Under the pieces are notes generated by a model. The model worked only from the letters and a program-made list of their open reading frames with translations. It was not told where the DNA came from and made no database searches. DNA of 64,000 nucleotides. It comes from Thermodesulfobacteriota bacterium. Its GTDB lineage: Bacteria; Desulfobacterota; Desulfobulbia; Desulfobulbales; SURF-16. This document shows positions 19,742 through 29,812 of this stretch, in pieces. The position numbers and the translations under genes were made by a program. Location of the stretch: assembly GCA_039715015.1 (NCBI GenBank), contig JBDLIE010000008.1, positions 1 through 64,000 of the forward strand, in the 5' to 3' direction. Position 1 is the stretch's first letter. Every line of letters begins with the position of its first letter.

Positions 19742-21430
19742 GTGAATATTGTGAAAGGCCATATCAAAGTATCTTTTTTTCTGTCGCTCTTTTTTCTTGT
19801 TCTCTCTCTGGCTTGTCAGCAAAATGCCAGTGCTGCAGCTGCCAAAACTATTCATATAAAACCTTTTGCCGTTCATGCCCAGAAGGATATTTCCTTTTTA
19901 AAGGATGCCATGCGCAACATGATGGCCAGCCGTCTGGCCGCCAACACCGACCTGCAGGTCCTGGAAGAGGCGAACAAGGCGGACTACCTTCTCGAAGGTG
20001 CCATCACTGCCATAGGCAGCACCTTAAGCATCAACGCCAAAGTGATTACCAAGGATGGTTCAAGGCCTCCGGCAACCTATTATGCCTCCGCTGCCAGCGA
20101 AAACGAAATTATTACAGCAGTGGATCTGTTGGCTGCAAATATCTCCCAGAAATTTTTTGGCAAAAAGATGGCCACCGCGCAGGCGGCACAGCCTGTTGCT
20201 CCAAGCATTCCGGCGGTGAGCCAGCCCGCGGTCCAGGCTTCTCCGGCCTTTAAGACCGCCCATCCTGATCGGGCCTTTATCCGCCCTGCTGCTCCTGCGG
20301 GTCAACCCATGGCCCAGGCAGCCCAGACCGGTTCCGCTTTTATCAAACCCACCGCTATTAATGACGCCCTTGGTTTTAGTAAGACCCAGAATTTGAATTT
20401 GGCTATCCAGGATATCAGTGTCGCAGATTTGGATGGCGATGGCGTGGACGATATGGTGGTGGCCGGTAAAAATAAGATCATGGCCTTTCATCTTAACGGC
20501 ACGCGGCTGGCCCGTTTCGGTACCATCTCCTTGCCAACTAGCCAGAAAATTATCTCCATGAGCACCGCCAACCTTAATGGCAATAACGTGGCGGAGATTT
20601 ACATTACAGCCGTGGCCGGTGACAGGCCCTTGTCCTTGGCCGTGGAGTGGCAGTTTGACCGGTTCAATTACCTTTTTCAGAATCAGCGTTGGTACATCAA
20701 GCCCCTGCCAGTGCCGGGGCGAGGTATAATTCTGGCGGGTCAGCAGTCCACCGTAGGTGCTCCTTTTATGCCCGGTATTTATGAAATGGCAGTAACTGGC
20801 GGCCGCTTGGTGAAGGGAGAGGCCCTGCCTGTTCCTGAGAGTGCCAATGTCTTTAGCTTTGCCTTGGCGGATCTTGATGGTGACGGGGCCACCGAAGTTA
20901 TTACCATCAATGCTAATGATAAACTCAGGGTGCTCCTGCCTGGCGGCAAAATGCTTTGGGAGAGCGATGATTTCTTTGGCGGCAGTCTGCGCTACGTGGG
21001 AGGTAAAAGTGGGCTCAAGCGGCGCTCTGGCCGCGATAAAAGTCCTGTGGGAGAGGAGGTTGACGCCAGTCAGGATAAGACCTACATCCCAGCAAGGATC
21101 ATCATCGCCGATATAAATAATGACAACCTGCCCGACGTGGTGGTGAACAAAAATCTCTCCACTGCCTCGCGTGTATTGAAGAATATAAAGTCCTATCCCA
21201 GCGGTGAGGTGCACGGCCTGGTCTGGAGCGGTATCGGTCTTTCCGAGCTATGGCGCACCAAGAAGATCGACGGCTATGTGGCCTCCTATGATTTCCGGAA
21301 GGCGGCCGGTTCAGATCAGGCGCTACTCTATGTCGGCCTTATCATGAACAGCGGCTGGATGAATATGCTGAGCGCCAAGGAATCCACCATCCTCATCTAC
21401 CCCCTGGATATGGGAACTAAGGATAACTAG
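19742..21430 (+). CDS. Exported FG-GAP/VCBS-repeat (beta-propeller) protein
   Basis: Signal peptide; repeated ADLDGDG / ADINNDN motifs; Pro/Ala-rich linker. Confidence 0.75.
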   Translation: MNIVKGHIKVSFFLSLFFLVLSLACQQNASAAAAKTIHIKPFAVHAQKDISFLKDAMRNMMASRLAANTDLQVLEEANKADYLLEGAITAIGSTLSINAKVITKDGSRPPATYYASAASENEIITAVDLLAANISQKFFGKKMATAQAAQPVAPSIPAVSQPAVQASPAFKTAHPDRAFIRPAAPAGQPMAQAAQTGSAFIKPTAINDALGFSKTQNLNLAIQDISVADLDGDGVDDMVVAGKNKIMAFHLNGTRLARFGTISLPTSQKIISMSTANLNGNNVAEIYITAVAGDRPLSLAVEWQFDRFNYLFQNQRWYIKPLPVPGRGIILAGQQSTVGAPFMPGIYEMAVTGGRLVKGEALPVPESANVFSFALADLDGDGATEVITINANDKLRVLLPGGKMLWESDDFFGGSLRYVGGKSGLKRRSGRDKSPVGEEVDASQDKTYIPARIIIADINNDNLPDVVVNKNLSTASRVLKNIKSYPSGEVHGLVWSGIGLSELWRTKKIDGYVASYDFRKAAGSDQALLYVGLIMNSGWMNMLSAKESTILIYPLDMGTKDN

Positions 21431-21431
21431 T

Positions 21432-22060
21432 TTAGGCCTTTCTTTGTTTCTTTTCTAAAAGCCATTGCCAGAACCCGGCCATACCTTCACCGGTGCTGGC
21501 CGAGACTGGAAAAATCTTGATGCCCGGTTTAAGGCGTTCTACCTGCCGGCACCACTCATCCACATCGAAATTGACCTGGGGCAGTAGGTCAATTTTGTTG
21601 ACAGGCAAGACGTCCGAGCTGAGGATGAGATTGGGGTATTTGACAGGCTTATCCTCTCCCTCAGGGCTGCTGACCACGGCAACCCAAATTTTCCCCCAGA
21701 TCATAGACAGTTTGGCAGGCCATATTGTTGATATTTTCAATAATCAGCATCTCGACATCCGAAAGATCAAAGTCGTGCATGGCCCGATGGACCATGCGGA
21801 CATCATGGTGGCAGGTGGTCCCGGTATTAATCTGCCCAGCGTTGAGGCCCGCCCCTGCCCGCCGTTTTCGGTGGTTATCAGTTGGCTGGCCGCCGCCAAT
21901 CACGGCCCAATCTTTCCAGGAAGGAGGTCTTGCCGGAGGATTTTTTTTTGAGTGTAGCAAACAGCAATTGCCGGAGGGGATGAAAAAGGTTCACCTCTGA
22001 ATAGGTGAGGCATTTTTTGTGGAATGTCTCTCGATCTGCAAGGATGTTTTGAGCCCCGCC
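21432..22060 (-). pseudogene. hypB: Hydrogenase nickel-incorporation GTPase HypB pseudogene (frameshifted)
   Basis: HypB motifs spread over different frames: VNL..SSP/SGKTSFLER; QINTGTTCHHD..M..IENINNMAC..YDLGE; SSPEGEDKPVKYP..NKIDLL..VSASTGEG; 5' boundary approximate. Confidence 0.85.
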
Positions 22061-22108
22061 CCTGCCCGTTAGGACTGACCAGGGAAAGAGGAGCAAAAAC
22101 ATAAGAAG

Positions 22109-22158
22109 AAAGGCAAAAGGCCAATGGACAACTTGTCGTCCATTGGCCTTTTGCCTTT
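22109..22158 (-). terminator. Long perfect hairpin, probable terminator after glnK
   Basis: 21-nt arms AAAGGCAAAAGGCCAATGGAC / GTCCATTGGCCTTTTGCCTTT. Confidence 0.7.
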
Positions 22159-22176
22159 AAGAGAAATGGGGAAACC

Positions 22177-22569
<393 letters not shown>

Positions 22570-22587
22570 TCAAGCGGTAAATGTTGT

Positions 22588-23799
22588 TTATAGGGTGTAG
22601 CCGATCTCGCTGTGCTGGGTAAGGTCCAGGCCCTGGACCTCATCGTCATCGTCAACCCGTAGGCCGACCACCAGGTCAATAACCTTGAGGATGATGAAGC
22701 TGACCACCACAGAATAAATGATGGTGGCACCAGCGTCAACAGCTTGGGTGACCAGGAGCTTGGCGTTTCCATGGAAAAGACCGTCGGCACCACCGGCATT
22801 CACAGCCAAAGAGGCAAACAGTCCGGTGGCCAAGGCGCCCCAAAGGCCGCCGACACCATGGACGCCGACAACGTCCAGGGCATCATCATAGCCCAGCTTG
22901 TTTTTGGCCAGGACGGCAAAATAACAGAGGGCGCCGCCAACAAGACCAATGATGATGGCGGAGAGGGGAGAAACAAAACCAGCTCCCGGGGTAATGGCAA
23001 CCAGTCCGGCAACAGCACCGGAGGCGGCACCAAGCACAGTGGGCTTGCCCTGAAAGATCCACTCAGCAATCAGCCAGGAAAGAGCAGCGCAGCCGGCAGC
23101 AACCTGGGTGGTCATAAAGGCGTTAGCCGCAATGCCGTCGGCGGCAAGGGCACTGCCGGCATTAAAGCCGAACCAGCCAAACCAGAGAATGCCGGCACCA
23201 AGCAACGTCATGCCGAGATTATGGGGGTGGATGGCCTCTCTGCCCCAGCCTTTGCGTTTGCCGATAAGCAGGGCGGCAACCAGGGCGGCAGCACCGGAAT
23301 TAATGTGGATAACCGTACCGCCGGCAAAATCAAGACCGCCGTGGCTGCTGATCCAGCCGCCGCCCCATACCCAGTGGCAGACAGGGAAATAGACAAAGGT
23401 GGTCCAGAAAATGGTGAAGAGCAGAAAGGCGGAAAATTTGATGCGCTCGGCAAAGGCGCCGGTGATCAGGGCCGGGGTGATGACGGCAAACATGAGTTGA
23501 AAGGCGCAGAAAACGAGATGAGGAATGGTGCTGCCCTCTGTGGGGTCAGCCCCGACTCCGCGCAGAAACAGAAAGTCAAGGCCGCCGATTAGACCATTGA
23601 CATCGGTGCCAAAGGCCATGGTGTAGCCAAAGAGCACCCAGAGAATGGTGACTATGCCCAGGCATATAAAGCTCTGGAGCAGGGTGGAAAGGACGTTCTT
23701 TGAGCGGACCATGCCGCCGTAAAAAAGGGCGAGGCCTGGGGTCATGAGCATGACCATGGCCGTTGCTATCAGCATAAATGCGGTGTCGCCGGTGTTCAT
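22588..23799 (-). CDS. amtB: Ammonium transporter
   Basis: MTPGLALFYGG, DFAGGTVIH, WFGWFGFNAGS, AITP, DDALDVVGVHG. Confidence 0.97.
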   Translation of the reverse strand: MNTGDTAFMLIATAMVMLMTPGLALFYGGMVRSKNVLSTLLQSFICLGIVTILWVLFGYTMAFGTDVNGLIGGLDFLFLRGVGADPTEGSTIPHLVFCAFQLMFAVITPALITGAFAERIKFSAFLLFTIFWTTFVYFPVCHWVWGGGWISSHGGLDFAGGTVIHINSGAAALVAALLIGKRKGWGREAIHPHNLGMTLLGAGILWFGWFGFNAGSALAADGIAANAFMTTQVAAGCAALSWLIAEWIFQGKPTVLGAASGAVAGLVAITPGAGFVSPLSAIIIGLVGGALCYFAVLAKNKLGYDDALDVVGVHGVGGLWGALATGLFASLAVNAGGADGLFHGNAKLLVTQAVDAGATIIYSVVVSFIILKVIDLVVGLRVDDDDEVQGLDLTQHSEIGYTL

Positions 23800-23884
23800 C
23801 GCTGGGTCTCCTTATTTTTCTGTTTTATTGACTAAGGGTGAAGAATTGCTGAAAAGGGAGCGTTGCTTGTCGGCAACACCTATA

Positions 23885-23900
23885 AGCAACCACCGTGCCA
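23885..23900 (-). promoter_or_regulatory. Sigma-54 (-24/-12) promoter of amtB-glnK
   Basis: Minus strand TGGCACGGTGGTTGCT matches consensus TGGCACG-N4-TTGCW exactly, about 85 nt upstream of amtB. Confidence 0.88.
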
Positions 23901-24189
23901 GGCTTGTTTTCTTGCCTGCTGGCAAGGTGTATGTCATTGATATTTGAGTTATTTCTGCGGATTGTTGCCGGCATGGCCTAACTTCTTGTTTTTTACGAAA
24001 ATGTGTAATACCCCGAGGGGGTGTTCCAAATTTGTAAAAACAGAGGGCGGAGATGGAGAAGGATAGTTGTGTTTTGGAACAATGTGCGAAAACATTGACA
24101 TGTTTAAGGCATGGTCAATATTATAATGATTAGCCCCTGTTGAAAGGGAAAGGTTTCTTGTGGTTTAATTCGTTGCGGTTATCTGTTTT

Positions 24190-25017
24190 ATGTTGAAAAT
24201 ATGTTGGTTTGTTGCCCTGTTGTTTCTCCCCCTGCCCCTTCACGCCCTTGGTGGAGATAATGGTCAGGTTATAAAAATTTGCGGGAGCGGTGATAGCCAG
24301 GTTCTTTTGCGTAACCTGGGCCAGGCCTATGAAAAGCTGCATCCAGGGATTCGTGTCCAAGTTCCCGACTCTATTGGTTCCTCCGGTGGAGTGAAGGCCA
24401 CTGCCGGCGGGCAATGCGATCTTGGCCGAACAGCTCGACCACTGAAGAAAAAAGAGAAACGCTTTAATCTCATCTATAAGGTGTTTGCCCGGTCACCGGT
24501 GGTTTTTGTGGTAAGCGCCAATCTGGAATCGGTCCGCAATCTCACTTCCCAGCAGGTTGTGAGCATTTTTGCCGGTAAGATCAGGTCCTGGCAGGATATT
24601 GGCGGCCCCTCCGGGAAAATTTATGTCGCTAACCGGGAAAAGGGAGACTCTTCCCGTACTATCATAGAAAAACACCTCATAGACTTTGCCCTCATTGAGA
24701 AACCTGTCGGCGCAACCATCTACAGTACGCCGGAGACCATGCATATAATCGCCACCCATGACAACACCATCGCCTATGGTCCACTGGCGGCAGTGAAAAC
24801 AGAGAAAGGAGTTCGGGTTTTAGCCTATGAGGGTGTCATTCCTGATATAGAAGCTCTAGGCGCAAAAGAATACCCGCTCTTTTCTGAATTTGGTCTTGTT
24901 TGGCGGCAGGATGTAAGCGCCCTTGCTCTCAATTTTGTCAAATTTCTTGACACACATGAAGCCCGTAAAATCATTTACGGCTATGGCGCTGCTCCCGTTG
25001 TCCCGGAGAAAATATGA
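24190..25017 (+). CDS. PstS-like periplasmic substrate-binding protein (PBP superfamily)
   Basis: Signal peptide; ICGSG, SIGSSGG, DLGRTARPL, NREKGDSSR, YP. Confidence 0.8.
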   Translation: MLKICWFVALLFLPLPLHALGGDNGQVIKICGSGDSQVLLRNLGQAYEKLHPGIRVQVPDSIGSSGGVKATAGGQCDLGRTARPLKKKEKRFNLIYKVFARSPVVFVVSANLESVRNLTSQQVVSIFAGKIRSWQDIGGPSGKIYVANREKGDSSRTIIEKHLIDFALIEKPVGATIYSTPETMHIIATHDNTIAYGPLAAVKTEKGVRVLAYEGVIPDIEALGAKEYPLFSEFGLVWRQDVSALALNFVKFLDTHEARKIIYGYGAAPVVPEKI

Positions 25018-27386
25018 TATTTAGGTCTATCAAGACTAGGCTTGTCTGGTCTCATCTCCTGGCAATACTCATTGTCAATGCCATATTAGGGGGGATGACG
25101 TACAGGTTTATGGCCGGCAAGCTCATTGCCGCAGAGCGGCATAACCTGGAGTTTATTGTCAACCATACCGCGGATATGCTCCGTAGTCTTATCTTGAAAA
25201 AGGGGAGATCTCTCCAGCAAGTTGCTAAGGGCAGAGAGTTTGTCGAATATCTGCAAACATACCGAGAGCTCGCTCTGGCCCAATATCTAGCAGGTTTTAA
25301 AAAACAATTTCCACAGATAAGTTTTGTAAATAAAGATGGCGGCGAGGAGGTAAAGGTAAAAGATGGTGTTAAGAGTCAGGTTTTAGTGGCAGCCTATGAT
25401 CAGCAGTTTGTCGACAGGACCCAGGCCAGCCCCAATGAGGTTGAATTTGTTTTTGACAGTGAATTACACAACCAAACCAACTCGTTACTTTATTTGGCCA
25501 TCAGTAAATACAGCTATTTTGGTGACAGGTTTGAAGGTACGCTGTTGGCAGCGGTGCCCCACCAAGATCTCTTGCAGGAAATAGCCACTACCCATATTCA
25601 TTCCGAGGGATATCTGGCGCTCTGGGGTGACGGCAAGAATGATATTTTTGTCCAGGATTCAGGCCATGGCCACAGCCATAACTCCGAGGGCATTATGCGA
25701 ATGGCCTCTTACCACAAGGATGGCCGGCAATTTCTGAAAAAATCAGGGACAAAGGCCCATATTACCAAGGAGACGATTCTCGGCGTTGAGTCCCTGGTTG
25801 CCTATGTGCCCCTGCCGGAGTTTCAGCTCAACTTACTGGCCACCCTTCCCCATGATAAGATCACACTTATGTTGCGGCAATTACGCAATCGATCGTTACT
25901 TGTCTTTTTTGGGCTCTGTTTTGTGGCTGTTATTCTTTCCTATCTCCTGGCGCGGAGCATTACCAGGCCCATAAGAAAATTAACAGAGGTAACCAGGGAA
26001 ATTGCCGACGGTGGCATGGAGACTCAAGGTCTGGCCGCAATTAAACACAGAGCCGACGAGGTCGGCGTTCTGGTCAACTCCTTTGAGACAATGATCAACA
26101 GTCTGTGGAGCACCATGGTGTCGCGAGATTATATTGACAGTATTTTTGCAGCCATGGCAGAAAGCATTATCGTCATCTCGGAAAATGGGGGGATAAAGTA
26201 TGTTAATGATTCGGCTTGTCAATTACTTGGCTATAGTGAGAAGGAACTGCTTGGTCTTTCCATCGGAGATATCCTGGCTGACGGACTGAAAATACCAGAT
26301 TTTATAGGCCAGCTCCGCCAAAAACAAGAATGGCAGGAGGCTGGCTACCGTCATAAACACGGGAGTGATGTGCCGGTCCTTTTTTCGTGTAGCTCCCTGG
26401 TCGGCAAGGAAGGTGGAAAGGAGACAGTCTGTGTCGCCTCGGATATCAGCAGCCTGCAAAAGGCGCGGGAAGCTCTTGAGCAAAATGAATATTACCTCAA
26501 GGCCTTAATGAAGTCGTTGCCCAGCGGTCTTCTGGTCATTGATGCTGAAAACAGGATGATTATTGATGCCAACCCGACATCCTGTCTGATTTTTAAATGT
26601 TCTAGAGAGCAACTGATCGGCAAGATTTGTTTTGAGCTTATTGCTCCGGTGGGAGAGGTTGATGAGTGGCCGCCCATTGTGACACCGGAAAAGCCTATTA
26701 TTAATATGGAAGCTGAATTAGTGGTGCCAAACGCGCCCCGGGTCCCTATTTCCATGTCGGTTCAGGCCATCAGGCTGCGTGACTCCTTAATCTATATAAA
26801 CAGTTTTATTGATATCTCGGAGAGTAAAAAGACCCTGAAGGCACTGCAGGAGAGTGAGGAGAAGCTGCGATCCCTCTCCCTCACCGATGAGCTCACCGGG
26901 CTCCTTAATCGCCGTGGTTTTTTTACCATGGTTGAAAAACAGCTTGAGATTTATGCCCGCAGCAACAAGACTGCCTATATTCTTTATGCCGATATTGATG
27001 GCCTGAAAGATGTCAATGACACCCAGGGGCACAGTGTGGGAGACAAATTGCTTTGCAGTGCTGCGAAGGCCTTAGAAGGGGTCAGCCGTAAATCGGATAT
27101 TGTCGGCCGTCTTGGCGGGGATGAATTTGGGGTGCTTCTTACTAACGCTGAAAATGAGGAGGCCATTTTAAGGCGGCTGGATGAAAAAGTGTCCCGCTTC
27201 AACAGCGAAGCCAGCCATCCCTTTGAGCTTTCGATCAGTGTCGGCATTGTCACCTGCAACGAGTCCGATCAAGTTTCCCCTTGTCTTCTCGAAGGATTAC
27301 TCTCCACGGCAGACGCCAAGATGTATGCCATCAAAAAAAGGCGTAAAGATAAAGACCATCCTGCCCCAAAGCCTGATTTGCCTTAG
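25014..27386 (+). CDS. Membrane diguanylate cyclase (periplasmic sensor, HAMP, two PAS, GGDEF)
   Basis: Two TM helices; HAMP (ITRPI..DEVGVL); TDELTGLLNRR, NDTQGH..GD, RKSD I-site, GRLGGDEF. Confidence 0.92.
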   Translation: MIFRSIKTRLVWSHLLAILIVNAILGGMTYRFMAGKLIAAERHNLEFIVNHTADMLRSLILKKGRSLQQVAKGREFVEYLQTYRELALAQYLAGFKKQFPQISFVNKDGGEEVKVKDGVKSQVLVAAYDQQFVDRTQASPNEVEFVFDSELHNQTNSLLYLAISKYSYFGDRFEGTLLAAVPHQDLLQEIATTHIHSEGYLALWGDGKNDIFVQDSGHGHSHNSEGIMRMASYHKDGRQFLKKSGTKAHITKETILGVESLVAYVPLPEFQLNLLATLPHDKITLMLRQLRNRSLLVFFGLCFVAVILSYLLARSITRPIRKLTEVTREIADGGMETQGLAAIKHRADEVGVLVNSFETMINSLWSTMVSRDYIDSIFAAMAESIIVISENGGIKYVNDSACQLLGYSEKELLGLSIGDILADGLKIPDFIGQLRQKQEWQEAGYRHKHGSDVPVLFSCSSLVGKEGGKETVCVASDISSLQKAREALEQNEYYLKALMKSLPSGLLVIDAENRMIIDANPTSCLIFKCSREQLIGKICFELIAPVGEVDEWPPIVTPEKPIINMEAELVVPNAPRVPISMSVQAIRLRDSLIYINSFIDISESKKTLKALQESEEKLRSLSLTDELTGLLNRRGFFTMVEKQLEIYARSNKTAYILYADIDGLKDVNDTQGHSVGDKLLCSAAKALEGVSRKSDIVGRLGGDEFGVLLTNAENEEAILRRLDEKVSRFNSEASHPFELSISVGIVTCNESDQVSPCLLEGLLSTADAKMYAIKKRRKDKDHPAPKPDLP

Positions 27387-27423
27387 TTGGCTTGAGAGAA
27401 AAGGATGCAGCCTGTCAACCATG

Positions 27424-28863
27424 TCAGAACAGCGAAAATCCGAAGCGTTCCTGGAGTTCATATTGCCAGTATTTCAAGATGCTGGTGTCGGCAAATTGTT
27501 CATAGTCAACAGTGAAATGGCCGCCTTTATTCTCCCAAAGGCCATGGAAATAAGAGTGTACCTCTCTGCTGACCGGGCTTTGGGTTGGGCAGACGATGCG
27601 CAGAGAGGTTTCTAGGTTGTAGTCGCAGATATTGCGGCGGGTGAGGTTGGCTGAGCCGCCAATGATGGAGGTGTTTTCACTGTCAGTGATCATGACGAGT
27701 TTGCTGTGAAATTGTTCGCCGTGGCTGTCGTACCAACGAATCTGCAGACGCTCTCCGCCTTTTCTTTTCAAAAGGGCTGCCACAGGCCGGTTCGGCACGC
27801 CTTTTTTCTGGTGGCCAAAGGCGTCACGATTGGCGTCGAGGATAAGGTTGATTGTAGCTCCACGCAGGGCTGCAGCCAGCAGGGCGGCAATAATCTGGTG
27901 GTCGGCGAGATAAAACATGGCCATCCAGATGGTCGCCCGGTCCTGACACTTTTGCAGATCCTCAAGCAGTATCTTCTTGATTTTTCCTTCGGTTAGAAGC
28001 TGGACGTATTGATCGTTTTTTGAGGGTGAATCAACTTCCGGTGGTGTCACATTTATGTTGACTCCACTAAGGGCGGTAACCGCCTGTTCGCTTTTAATCA
28101 GGTGGCAAAGAAGGGGGCCGCTGACACAAAAGGCGATATTGCTGTTTGCAGCGCTGGCGTCGTGGCTGTTGTTGGCCGAGGTGATGAGCGCCTCCTTTTC
28201 GGTGATCAGGAGCTTGCGGTGATTGGCCTTGAAGTTAAAAAGTGTCAGCCAGCCACGCAGGGTAAAGGGAGGAGACTGGGGATAAAAGGGGGAAGGCAGC
28301 CAGCCTTTTCCTCCACTGCCAAAAGGCCTGCAAAGCAGGTTCCAGAAAGGGCTGTAGGCCAGATTTGAGTCGGGCAAGCGGTCGAGGTTGGTGAGCACCA
28401 CACGAGCGCCGGCATCCTTAAGTTTTTGGAAATAGGGATTGGTGTACGAGCCATAACCGGTGTTGGCCGGATCGGAGATGATCCAGACATGTAATGAAGG
28501 TTTTAGGGCTTTGGCAGCAAGCAGGGCCTGGGTTATTTTTTTGCTATGCTGCGGAAAGACTTCCTTGGCATTATGGAGATCATTATAGAGGAAGACATCG
28601 AGGATGATGAAGGACTCTGCCTCGCTGATCAGTCTCAGTACTTCCGGGAATATTTTTTGCTCGGAGTACAACTCCCCTTTTTTGAGGAAGGTGAGGTCGG
28701 AGAGAAAGAGGAGTTTGCCTGCTGGCAGAAGGGGGCTTGCAAAAGAAAGCCCTGTGGGCATGGAGCGCCGGCAGCCCAGCAGGGTGGCGATGAACCAGCC
28801 AAAGAGAAAAACCGAAAGAATGGTGATGAAAAGCTCTACAACCGGAAGGGAAGAGAAGGTCAT
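27424..28863 (-). CDS. Phospholipase D superfamily protein
   Basis: Two HxK motifs: NHRKLLITE..TSAN and FHSKLVMITD..GGSANL; N-terminal TM. Confidence 0.85.
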   Translation of the reverse strand: MTFSSLPVVELFITILSVFLFGWFIATLLGCRRSMPTGLSFASPLLPAGKLLFLSDLTFLKKGELYSEQKIFPEVLRLISEAESFIILDVFLYNDLHNAKEVFPQHSKKITQALLAAKALKPSLHVWIISDPANTGYGSYTNPYFQKLKDAGARVVLTNLDRLPDSNLAYSPFWNLLCRPFGSGGKGWLPSPFYPQSPPFTLRGWLTLFNFKANHRKLLITEKEALITSANNSHDASAANSNIAFCVSGPLLCHLIKSEQAVTALSGVNINVTPPEVDSPSKNDQYVQLLTEGKIKKILLEDLQKCQDRATIWMAMFYLADHQIIAALLAAALRGATINLILDANRDAFGHQKKGVPNRPVAALLKRKGGERLQIRWYDSHGEQFHSKLVMITDSENTSIIGGSANLTRRNICDYNLETSLRIVCPTQSPVSREVHSYFHGLWENKGGHFTVDYEQFADTSILKYWQYELQERFGFSLF

Positions 28864-29028
28864 TGCCGGGCTACCATTTAGGCATGGTTGGCAGCGATAG
28901 AGGGCCCCAGCAGCTCCACCTCGGCGAGGGTAACGTTTTCATCGATAATACTCGATAGGGAATGACGCATAATCGCCCTCCTTGTAAGTTTTTCCGGTGC
29001 AGCCAGTCTTATGAACTTTCAGCCGCCA

Positions 29029-29208
29029 TTAAATCAGATACTCTTTAAGTTTCTCTAAAAGGGTGTCTGGAAGTTCTTCATTAAAGAGAAAGGCATGGGC
29101 CTCTTCGCCGGTGATTTTTTCTTTAACTTCGATAGGTAGACTGCGGAGCACAGCCATACGTTCCGGATCTGGCTTCTTTTTTGTCTCAGATGGTTGTTTG
29201 TCTGCCAT
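29029..29208 (-). CDS. Small hypothetical protein (59 aa; not in ORF track)
   Basis: MADKQPSETKKKPDPERMAVLRSLPIEVKEKITGEEAHAFLFNEELPDTLLEKLKEYLI*; protein-like composition. Confidence 0.6.
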   Translation of the reverse strand: MADKQPSETKKKPDPERMAVLRSLPIEVKEKITGEEAHAFLFNEELPDTLLEKLKEYLI

Positions 29209-29511
29209 AGGTTCTATTTCTCAAGTGTACAGGGATTTTTGCCGGCGAATTTAACAAGCCCTATGCTTATAAGAAGATCATACATCCTATCTTTTTGTTG
29301 GTTAAGCTCTTTTAGTTTTTCTTTAAATCTTGTGACCTCAACGGAATCGTCCAGGCCACGGGTGGTGGCCGTTAGGAGAATAATAAATTCATCTTTAGAC
29401 AAGTAAAAAGGAACAGAAGGATATAGCGGCAATAGAGAAAAATAGTGGCAACAACTTGCCCACGCTAATCCGCGATGAACCTAATTTAAGACCTGAACGA
29501 AAAGGGAGTCG

Positions 29512-29667
29512 TTATGGTCGAAGTGAAAGTAAAAACTTTTTTACAGAGATAAACACAACAAGCCAGACAACAGGGGCGAGTATGAAGGTCCCCCAGGCAG
29601 GGAGAGGGAGACGGCTTGTTAGAAAACCAGCACAGCTAGCCAGAAGCAGGGCAAGGAGGGTAGGCAT
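29512..29667 (-). CDS. Small membrane protein (51 aa; not in ORF track)
   Basis: MPTLLALLLASCAGFLTSRLPLPAWGTFILAPVVWLVVFISVKKFLLSLRP*; two hydrophobic segments with a basic tail. Confidence 0.5.
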   Translation of the reverse strand: MPTLLALLLASCAGFLTSRLPLPAWGTFILAPVVWLVVFISVKKFLLSLRP

Positions 29668-29812
29668 CGTTGTTCACTCTCGTTATTTTTTGGGGCTCTC
29701 AAGGTGGACACGGAGGAGACAATCATTTTATCAAAATGTCAAAGTATGTGCCGCCCAAAAGGAGCTGGTCCTCGTTTTTATGATTTAAAAGAGCAAAGTT
29801 GTTGTGTGGATG

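Noticed and set aside
29446..29460. Sigma-54 promoter TGGCAACAACTTGCC
   Set aside because: GG-GC spacing is one base short of the strict requirement and there is no convincing downstream gene.
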